From assembly GCA_964016885.1 (NCBI GenBank), contig OZ024741.1, positions 229,090,001 to 229,154,000 on the forward strand: a stretch of 64,000 nucleotides of DNA, read 5' to 3'. Shown in pieces: positions 36,864-48,000 of the stretch. Source of the stretch: Eledone cirrhosa (lineage: Eukaryota). The translations under genes were made by a program, and so were the position numbers. Within the stretch, counting starts at the first letter, position 1; each line of letters starts with the position of its first letter. Below the pieces are notes generated by a model. The model saw only the letters and a list, made by a program, of their open reading frames with translations. It did no database searches and was not told where the DNA came from.

Positions 36864-39800
36864 ATGGCCGTATTAAGAGTAGGATGTTTAAATGTTCGAG
36901 GCCTGGGATCGTCCTGGAAGCAGGGTCACCTGCTCAACGACCTCAGGTCTATAGAAATGGATGTAATTGCAGTCAGCAAGACCAAGATTTCCGACACGCA
37001 CGCACTAGCCCCCATTTTCGACGACTATCAGATCTTTGCATCTGTTAGCCGGCCGGGAATGGGAGGCGTGGTGGCAGTGCTGTTTAGGAAAGGTCTGGAT
37101 CTCGAGGTAAGGTCGATCGTCCGGGGCCTGGACGGGAAGTTGGTGGTCCTGGACGTGAACAATAATGAAGGTGGTGCCTTTAGACTGGTGGCCGTCTATG
37201 CTCCTACTGGGGCAGGACGGCCGGATTTCTTTAGACGCCTGGAAGCCTTTCTGGGTACGTCTCGCCCTTTACTGTTAGCGGGGACTGGAACGGCATCATA
37301 GACGCACGCTGGGACTGTGTGGGAGTATCCGATAGGAGCGGAGGGTGCAAAAGCCTCAAGAACCTGATCAGCCAGTTCAAACTGTCTGACAGGTACCGAC
37401 TAGATTTCCCTAATGCGCCAGTGTGGACCTGTGCTAACCGCATAGGGTCATCTAAATCGTATATAGACAGGATATTCATTAGCCAAATAGACAGAAATAG
37501 TGTAAGCTGTCCACATTTTGAAACAGTCGCCTATTCAGATCACAATTTTGTGATCTGTATGGTCGACCTAGATAAGACGCGTAGGTTAGGACCTGGTTAC
37601 TGGAAGCTAAACATGTCATTTCCGGCACGTAAGGCTTACAGCGACCAGGTCAACAATTTAGTTAAGAAAAGGTTGACAGGGGAATCGTCAACAATAGATG
37701 GGGGGGGGAGGGGCTCTCAAAAGAGAGATTAGAGTAATGTCGACAGAGTTTAGCAAAGAAGTAGCATTAGAGAAAAATAGAAAGGAGGGGGAGTTGGTAG
37801 ATAAGTTAGACGAAGCTATTGGTAGTGGCATTGCAACTGATGTGCTAGCGGCGAGAATGGCAATAGATCATTTCTTCAATGCGAAACACGAAGGTTGCAT
37901 TGTCAGAGCTCAGGCGCGTGTTCTGAGAAACGAGGGAACCAAAGCTGTTCTATGGGCCGGCGTGGCAGAGGCGCAGCGTGGTAATAAAACCACGATTCGG
38001 TCTTTGACGGACCGAGACAGGCACGAGCTGAGCGATTCCAAGAGGATGTGTGAAGCCTTTCGCCAACATTTTGCTCGGTTGTTCGGGGGAGTGGTGGGTC
38101 AGAGATGGTGGCGGACTTCATTTCCTACCTCGATGGCTTGCCGCAATGCTCGGCGGCTGAATCTGGGCGCTGCGAAAGGCCAATTACTTCAGCCGAGATT
38201 CAGGATGCCCTGGTCGGCTGCATGAGGCGCAATTCACCCGGTTTGGATGGTCTGCCCTACGAGCTTTACGTAAATATGCCAGACTTGTTCTCTAATCCCC
38301 TCGAAGCCCTCTACTGCAACTGGCAACAAAACGGGAGTATTCCCAGTTCTGTGAGCCGGGGCGCAGTGACGATGATAAGGAAAGACGAGAACAAGAGGGA
38401 CATAGACAATTTCAGGCCCATAACTCTGCTCAACACAGAGTTTAAGATTTTGGCCAGGGTGTTAGCGAAGAGGTTGGCGCTTGTCGTCGGGGATTTGGTT
38501 GGGGAGGCGCAAACTTGCGCAATCCCAACCAGGTCCATACACGACAACCTCCACCTAATGCGATACATCATAGAGAGGGTAGGGTGTAAACCTGGCTTCG
38601 GTGGGGCTCTGATCAATTTAGATCAATCAAAAGCATTCGATAGGGTCGACCATCGGTACCTGGAGGCTGTCCTCAAGGCGGCTGGCTTCGGCCCCGTCTT
38701 CAGAAGCTGGATCGCTGCAATGCACAGCGGCACCTGCTCGATGGTCAAAATTAATGGCCACCTCTCGGAACCGTTTCAGGTCTCCCGATCGGTCCGTCAA
38801 GGGTGCCCTCTCTCATCCCTTCTGTACGTATTGACTCTTGAGCCTTTACTGTGGAAGCTGGAGCTGTTGCAGGGCATCCCGCTCGAACCGGGACGCGGAA
38901 AGGCTGTGTCGGCTTATGCGCACGACATCACCGTGATGGTGTCGGACACCTCAGAAATCGAGGTGGTCGGCAACTTATTGAAGGAATATGAAAGGTTGAC
39001 GGGAGCAAAACTTAACCCGGAAAAGTCAGTGGGCTTGCAACTCGGCACCTGGAGAGGCAAGTCCATGCCGTCCAACAGCGTCGTTAGGCGCTGGACGGAT
39101 GGACCGGTAAAGTTGCTAGGGGTTTGGTTCGGGCCAGACCTCCAGGTGGATAAGAATTGGGACGAGGTGACGGGCAGGGTAGTCAGTCTCACGCAGAAAT
39201 GGGCTAGGATGAAGCTATCACTGAAAGGTCGGGCGGAGGTGGCGAACGCGTACATCGCGTCCGTCATCTACTACCGTCTGACTGTCGTCCCTTGCCCCCG
39301 TTCGCGCCTCGCCATCTTGGAGCGGCTCCTCTTCAAATTCTTGTGGAGGGGTCAGGTTCCGCTGGCGAGGCGGTCCATCTGCTGCCAGCACCCTCTACGT
39401 GGAGAGCTGGGCATGCCGAGTCTAATGATGCTGCGCAGGCATGCGCTGAGGCTGCGGCATCTCCAGATATTCTGCCTAAACGGTGAACAGGTGTGGTCGC
39501 CCTTTGTCAGACCGGCCTTTCCTCAGCTCGTTTCTTTGACTGAGTTGCAGTCCTGGGTCAAGAAGAGACCGAGACTGGGTGACTGGCATCTGGAATGTTG
39601 CCAGGCACTCACTGCCCCCTGCGAGGCGGGCAATGCGGTCAGTGGAAATTCCACTCTCGAGTTCTATAGAGGATTAGTGGTGGGCAAGTGCGATGACGCA
39701 CACGGCGAGTCTCTGGGAGTCAACGAAGTCGAACTAACCAGTCTGTACCGGAGGACTTTCGAGCCGAGGACGATGGATAATTTCCAAAAATCCCTCGCTT

Positions 39801-40298
39801 GGCAGTGCTACCGGGGGGGGGGGGGGGGCACTGCCGGTTCGAGATAAACTCTACAGTCACGGAAGTGCTGTCAGACGGACCTGCCCGAGATGGGCGCAGA
39901 GCGACGAAACCGTTCTGCACGCACTCGTCCAGTGTCCGTGCATTACTGACTTGTGGAGTTATGTTGAACAGCTGTTGTCGCGTGTAGAACGGATCCGGCT
40001 ATCGGCCGAGTCCATAGTGAAGATCGACCCGCCGCCTTCTTCTGGCCAGGAAGGACAGGCAATTTTCCTCTGTCTGGTGGCAGTAGCGAAAGAGGTTGTA
40101 TGGTGGACGAGGTTGAAAGGACTGAAGACAGACACTTTTATCTTCGGCCAATCCCTCATCAACTTTTTCAAGTTTCACTTGGAAAGGAAGGTGAGGGTGG
40201 AGAGAGAAGTGCTGCCCCCCAGTACATTTGCTGAAAGGTGGGTGAATGTGGCGAGACTAGCCCGTGTGCGTGGGCCTACTCTGGTCATGCGGCTGTAG
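36864..40298 (+). pseudogene. Tx1 ORF2 (APE endonuclease, reverse transcriptase, Zn finger), frameshifted
   Basis: GCLNVRGL, AVYAP, SYIDRIF, YSDH, GPGYWKLN; SPGLDGLPYE, NFRPITLLN, LDQSKAFDRVDH, RQGCPLS, YAHD (mutated YADD); split over several frames. Confidence 0.93.
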
Positions 40299-42674
40299 GT
40301 AGGTAAATTTGAAGAGGAGAGGGGTGCCCTCCAGGGGTGCTCTCGAAGCGTCGGCTCGTTCAGGACTGGTGGGGTACCTGAGCGAACCCTAGGTGGTCAT
40401 CCCCCCTATTGGGGAATTTTTTCTTGTTGTAAGTTTATTGTTACTTTATTGTTACTTTCTTATTGTTATTTTGTTATTGTTATTCATATTGTTTACTCGA
40501 TTTTTCTGTAAAACCCCACTGTCCCAGTCTTTTGTATTGTCCCCTATATGCCGGCCCTTGTGGCCAATAAATGAAATGATTATTATTATTATTATTATTG
40601 GCGACCTACGTAGTAAATCGTATCATCGTGAGCTCCGCAAAGGTTTGTTATTTTCAGTTGTTTAAAATTGCCATTTATGGAAAAATTTTATTGTTAACTC
40701 TATATAAGTGCACATACACTGATTTATGAAAAGGACACTCAAAAATATTGAGCCCAAAATTTAAACTTTCTATAATTATAGGACAAAAATGTTTCTTTGA
40801 AAAATCATGGATGACTCAGAGTCACTCCTTCCTCACCAAACTAACACCTCACACCGACACCACCATTGTAAATATTACTACGTTTGCCAACATTAAAAAT
40901 ATAAGCAGTAGCAATATTTTAAATTTGTCTCAGGCAGACATTCATTTCCCGCCATTACCAATGACTGCAGGTGTTAAAGCCGCCACCACCACCTCTGAGT
41001 TTTGCCAGAGAAGCAAAAACGTGCGAAGGTAACTCATGAGGAATTAGAAGAAGCCAAAGGAATGGTAAAGAAAGATGGGTACAGGGTCAGCCACCCCCAC
41101 CCCCCACTCGCGAGGGTCATATTGTTATAATATTGCCAGAAATATAAACAGATCACACTCACTCTTTGGTTTGGGTTGGTTTTCGCTTCTGTATCTTTTA
41201 TATCGCCATAGTTAATTTATTTGGCAATCAATGTTTATCATTGATTGACCAACGGTTAAAAATACAGATATAAATATATATATATATAGTCTATCAAAGT
41301 TCTTTCGTCACACATCTGCGACATTATCAGTTGTACTATTATGTTTCCTCCCGTTGTATTGTAATGCCTACGCCATTTTATTTAATATATTTATTTCTTC
41401 TTGTCTCTGTGTTTGCGTGTTTAATGTTTGGTGTGCGTGTTCGTGTTTGAGTGTATGTGTTTTTTCTTTTTGTATTCTATCTTTGTGTTTATATGTGTTT
41501 GTTGTTATTGTACTTGTGTGTATATTTATTTATATATACATATATATGACGATATAACTATATATCACCAACCTCATCTCCTATATTTCCACGTTTTCAT
41601 CTGTTTTTATATATTTATACTTCCTCATCTTCTCCCCTTCTCTACCTCTTCTCTTCCTTCCTTCCCTCCCCCTACCCTCGCCGAAAGCCTTCCTGCCTTT
41701 TTTCTTCTATTTCCTCCTTTCGCTTTCTCCTCTTTTTCCTTCCTTTTCCACTCATTTCTGTTTTTCACCATCACCATCATCGCCATCATAGTCACTATCA
41801 TTACCATCAACACCACCATCATCACCATCATCACCAGCAGCAGTAGCAGCAGCAGTAGCAATAACAGCAGCAGTAGCAATAACAGCAGCAGCAGCAGCAA
41901 CGTGCCCAATTACGAATTAGCATAATATATAACGTTTAATATCATTAGTATTATGAACATTGCTATCACAATCACCACCCTTGTCATTGCTCACACTATT
42001 GCTGTTATCATTATCATCACAACTATCATCAACATCATCATCATCGTCGTCGTAATCCCCATCATCATTATCATCTCAACGATAACCTCTTTTACCACCA
42101 ATTATCATCATCATCATCATCATCATCATCTCTAGCAGCAGCTTCACAATCATCATTGTCATTACTTACCTACTTAATCCCCTTAAAAAAAGTTTAGAAT
42201 CACGTGATGAAATTACAAACACAAACACATACATACATACATATGTATGTGTTTGTGTAATTGTGTGTGCATGTGCATGCGTGTATGAGTGTGTATGAGT
42301 GCGTGTGTTTGCATGTGATAGGCGTCTTTATCGTTGAGTTCATCTGCGGCAGTGTAAGAAAAGGAAGAAACAAATAAATAGGTAGACGGATGATATAACA
42401 CACACACACACACACACACACAGATACACACACACATTTACACGAATGCATGCACTCACACACACACAAACATACACAAAAACATACACCCACACACAAC
42501 ATACGCACACATATATACACATACATATGCACATACACACGCACGCCCAACTATTCACACATGCATGCGTGGAAACATATTCAAACGTCACAGGTACGAA
42601 CCCTTTAAATTTTTTTGTAGATAGAATCATACTGTTAGAAGGGTTCTGCCAGATTGTCTTCGTTTTTCTGTGAT

Positions 42675-43853
42675 TAATTGTTTCTACTTTAGGCACAAGG
42701 CCAGCAATTACCCAGTGCATTACTGGTACTTTATTTTATCGACCCCGTAAGGATGAAAGGCAAAGTCAACCTCGGCGGGATTTGAACTCAGATCGTAAAG
42801 GGACGTAACTATGCTGGAAAGCATGGCATCCGACCTTTTACCGATACTGCCAATCCACCGCCTTAATGTCTTTGTAAATGTGATCTTCTACTTCAGGATT
42901 TTCTTCAAATCGACTTCTTGCTAAAACGGTATCATAATAAAAGAAGCAGCTTCATTAAATAGTTCCCTATCTGATAAAGAATGATATTCAGCTGCTATTA
43001 TCATTTATGGTAGATTGGCAGTATCGGTAGAGTCGGACGCCATGCTCTACAGCATAGAGTTACGGTCCTTTACGGTCTCAGTTCAAATACAACCAAGGTT
43101 AACTTTTCCTTTCATCCTTACGGAGTCGGTAAAATAAAGTACAAGTCACGCACTGGGGTCGATTTGATCGACTTTCCCCTTCCCCCTAAATTACTGGCCT
43201 TGTGCCTATACTAGAAATCATTGGCAGTATCGGTAGAGGGTCGGGCACCATGCTTTCCAGCATAGTTACGTCCCTTTACGATCTGAGTTCAAATCCCGCC
43301 GAGGTTAACTTTGCCTTTCATCCTTACGGGGTCGATAAAATAAAGTACCAGTAATGCACTGGGTAATTGCTGGCCTTGTGCCTAAAGTAGAAACAATTAT
43401 TAAGTACCAGTAATGTATTGGTATAATTGCTGGCCTTGTGCCAAAAGTAGAAATAATTATTATTTATAACGTTAATAATTTTTTCTACTTTTGGCACAAG
43501 GCCCGCAATTACCCAGTACATTACTGGTACTTTATTTTATCGGCCCCGAAAGGTTGAAAGGCAAAATTAACCTCGGCAGGATTTGAATTCATCATGGCGT
43601 CCGACTCTCTACCGATACTTCCAATCTACCGCCCTTTTTATAACGTTAATAATAATAAGGGTGGTGGATTGGCAGTATCAGTTGAGCGTCAGATGCCATG
43701 CTTTCCACCACAGAGTTAAGGCTTTTTACGGTCTGGGTTCAAATACCGCTGAGTTTAACTTTGCCTTTCATCCTTACGGGGTCGATAAAAATAAAGCCCC
43801 AATAATTGTAGAGAGATAAATGCTGGCCTCGTGCCAAAAGTCGAAACAATTAT
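42675..43853. mobile_element. Cluster of five Nin/Deu-domain SINEs in mixed orientation
   Basis: Approximate copies: 42675-42864(-), 43008-43220(+), 43221-43401(+), 43478-43634(-), 43659-43853(+). Confidence 0.85.
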
Positions 43854-44723
43854 CATTGTTGTTTTTGCTGCTGCTGTTATTGTTTTATCGCAGATCATTA
43901 TAAATCGGACTGACCTATGATCAAAGGCATTCCAACAACGACTATGGCGTATTTTCCCCATATGCATTAAGTTCAGTACTACACTATCCAGCATGTTTCA
44001 TTCGAGGATGGTAAGGCGGGATTTGAGAGCAATTTGGCTACCAGTTCTAGCATATCAAACGATCACAGTAGACTCCCTCGCTGGCTAATTGTTGTTGCTG
44101 TGGTAGTAGATAGGTAAGTATATTGGTCTATGGAAGGATGGAAGGACAGAAGGGGTCGTGGTGTATAGATGAATAAATGGATTTAAAAAAGATGTATGTA
44201 AAATGGAATTGATCTCACTTCACCTGTTTTTTTTTCAAGGAGAATGCCCCAACCTCCCATTTCTCTGGTAAGTACTCGCTGACCTTGTTGACTCTACTGA
44301 CCACTCATAAGTAGATAGTCATTATTAGAAAACTACTTGTATCACAATATATATAAACAACATAGCCTCCTGCAGTCGTCTAATGAAGTGGTGTTGGTGG
44401 GGTGTAGATTGCCGTAAAAATGTATTGTACCTAGTTATGTCCCTTTACATTCGAGGGTCATCTTTACGGATCATATTTTACATGGAAGTAAAACGAACTA
44501 CCTGTAATGCACTGGCCGTCCGTTACTTCCTATATGTAGCCTTTTTCCTATGTTTCAAACCACAACCACCATCAATATGCTCATCAACAACATCATCAGT
44601 ACTATTACTTGGCAAAATACTTTGGGGTATTTAGGTACGACTCTATCGTCCTTCACCAAAATAAAGTACCACTTAACCCGTTAATGAGCTATATTTTCTT
44701 TGTTCTAACATTAAAACAAGAAG

Positions 44724-44725
<2 letters not shown>

Positions 44726-44755
<30 letters not shown>

Positions 44756-44793
44756 TACTACTACTACTACTACTACTACTGCTACTACTATTT

Positions 44794-44832
<39 letters not shown>

Positions 44833-44835
44833 TTT

Positions 44836-44918
<83 letters not shown>

Positions 44919-44940
44919 ACTACTACCACTACTACTACTA
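44726..44940. repeat. (CTA)n microsatellite
   Basis: Seen directly. Confidence 0.95.
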
Positions 44941-45036
44941 GTGCTGGAGGTATATATATATATAAGTGTGTGTATTTGTGTGAGTGTGCGTGTGAGTGGA
45001 TGTGCGCGCGCGCGTGTGTGTGTGTGTGTGTATAAA

Positions 45037-48000
45037 TCTATTTATTAATTTGAAGAACGTCAGTATTCCGTGTGTCATAATTCTCGATTATCATTGGTTC
45101 ATAGGTTTCAAACGACTCCGCCCACCTCAACGACACCAAACTTAAAGTAATATGCATAATGCCAATGAAGGAGTGAGAGGGGAGAGTGTGAACGCTGTGT
45201 TCAATAACTATTAACATCTGTGCGTGTGTATGTACGTGCGCGTATGTTTATGTGTGTGTGCGTACGTGCAGCGTTCCACAGAAAGTAAAAACTATCAACA
45301 TGTGTGAGTGTGTGCGTGTGTAAGTTTGCGTACGTGTGCGTTTCCATGCGTGTATGTGTGTGGCGTTCCACAATCGCCATGCAGTTTATCTGTCTGTGTG
45401 CCTGTCTGTCAGTCTAACATACACAGAGTTGTGAAGGGAGTAAATAGGGACCTTTATTTACATTTACGGACATCTTTTATATTTATTATTGTCATTTTTT
45501 GACAATTGCTCGAAATGAACACTGATAATAAAAGCAATTCGACTTTACCAAACAGTGAACTACAGCGGCGATGGCGTGCAGCCAGCAATGAAGAAAAACG
45601 GGCCGAACAGCGCCATCGGAACGCCGAACTTCGGAGGCGAAGACGTGCCACCACGAATGAAGAGGAGCTGGCTGAACAACGCCAACGAAACACTGGAGCC
45701 AAGCAGCGACGGCGTGCTGCGATGGTTGAAGACGAACTGGCTAAGCATCATCAGCAGATGGCCAGAATTCAGCAGCAACGGAGTGCTGCGATTGATGAAG
45801 AGGAGCTGGCTGAACAGCGCCAGCGCAATACAGAAGTTCAGAGAATGTGTCGCCAAAGTGCTCTTCATTCCATTAAAGAGGCTAGAAGGCGAACGGATGA
45901 TATTAAAAATGAATCATGGCAACCGTGTCATTTTCAGATTGGTGGACGAGCAGAGTGCCCACATTGTGGAGCATTGCTTTGGAGGCACGAAAAGACGTGG
46001 ACCACAATCTGCTGTCATAAAGGAGCAGTTCAACTAGAACCCTTGCGAATGCCGGATGATGAGGAGTCACCGGAGTTTAAAATACTAAGACCGAGGTAGA
46101 TTACTACGCAAATATTCGCGGCAAATTAACAATTCATTAGCTTTAGCATCGCAGAGAGTTATTGAGATGTTTGAGAGTGGAGCATGGCAACCGAATGTAG
46201 TCATTCAAGGCCGTTTGTATCATTGATTCGGTAATTTAGAAGTTACCCCAGGAGAGAGGCCTCGATTCGCTCAAATTTACGTTAACGATCCAGATTATAG
46301 TGAATCGGAGGAGGATATCAGGTTCGGTTGGATGAAGTTGCCAGGAAATATAACTGAACTTGAACGGCAAAGGGTAAGTGATTTGATCCGTTTTTTGGCA
46401 ATTATGGCTTAAACAGTGTAATCCTTATGTTATGGATTTCATGTTGGTGGCTGAACTGCAAAATGTTCAGCAGCAAACATTGGTGATTAAGGCTCACGCA
46501 GTGCCAAGGAATCAACACGAACCGCGATATAATGCCCCTGAAGAATTTCGTGAAGTTGCTGTGTTGATGAACGATAAGCGTGGATCGAGAGATATCGTCC
46601 TCAATCGCAGAGATGGTTGTCTCAAGACTATCAATGAGTCAAATAGGGCATACGATCCATTGCATTATGTTCTTTTATTCCCAAAAGGTGAAAATGGATG
46701 GAACATGTCTGTTCATTTAGATGATCATGAGAATCAGCATCAACAGGGAGGTGGCAATAGACACAATAATTCGATTCACGACTTTTACGCGTTCCATTTG
46801 AACGAGAGGAATCAACAGAGAAATGCGCTATTTCAAGCCAGCAGATTGTTCCAGGAATACTGTTGTATGGCATTCGCAAAGATCGAAAATCAAGGGCTAA
46901 ATTATATAGCTACACATCAGCAACATATCAGAGCTGAATTGTATAATAATATACAGGATGCGATAACAGCCGATGATGCCAATTACAAGCAAATTGGTTG
47001 ACGCATCATTTTGCCATCGTCGTTCATCGGCGGCCCGAGATATATGAACATTCGCTATCAGGATGCAATGGCTATTGTCAGAAAGTTTGGAAGCCAGATT
47101 TGTTTATAACGGTTACATGCAATCCTGAATGGACTGATATTAAGGATGCACTTTTGCCAGGACAACAGCCAAAGGACCGCCCTGATATTGGAGGTATAGT
47201 TGCTTTTACATACGTAATTAAATTCCAAAAAAGAGGATTGCCACATGCACATTTGCTGATCATTTTACATAGAGATTGCAAATTGAGATGTGCTGAGGAT
47301 GTCGACAGCATTGTGTGTGCTGAACTGCCGGAGAATGAGTCACAACGCAACTTGGTAGCAAAGTCAATGGTGCACAACCAATGCGGAGTGGCAAATCGGA
47401 AAGCGCTGTGCATGAAAAATGGCCAATGCAGTAAGCACTTTCCGAAATCTTTTGTCACGAACACTTCCTGGAACGATGGGGATGCTCATCCCTCATACAG
47501 AAGACGGTCGCCTGCTGGTGGCGGTTTGGTCGAAAATGTAAACGGTCGACAGGTTACAAATCAATGGGTTGTGCCATACAATCCATATTTTATTATGAAA
47601 TATCGTTGTCATATTAATGTGGAAATTTGTAGCTCAGTGAAAGCTTGCAAATATCTATTCAAATATGTTTACAAAGGTCATGATCGGGCAATGATCAATG
47701 TCAGGAATGAGGAAGCGAACCAAGGAGATGAAGTTGGCAGGTTCCAGGATGCTCGCTCGATTGGATATAGCGAAGCTTGCCGAAGATTGTTCGATTTTCA
47801 TCTCAATGAACGCAAACCCAGCGTTCAGAAACTGACGGTTCACTTAGAGAATAGGCAAATCCTCTATTTTCAGGACACTAGAAGAGGTGTCGAAAGAATT
47901 TCTAACGCACCACCTCCTAAAACGGAATTGACTGAGTGGTTCAAGCATAATAGGGAACATGCTTTGAACCCGGATCAAAGGCAACTCTACTGCAATTTCC

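Larger units (their letters stand above)
34790..40599 (+). mobile_element. Near full-length Tx1/L1-clade non-LTR retrotransposon bounded by (ATT)n
   Basis: ORF1 and ORF2 as listed below; 3' end ggcccttgtggccaataaatgaaatg(att)n. Confidence 0.92.
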
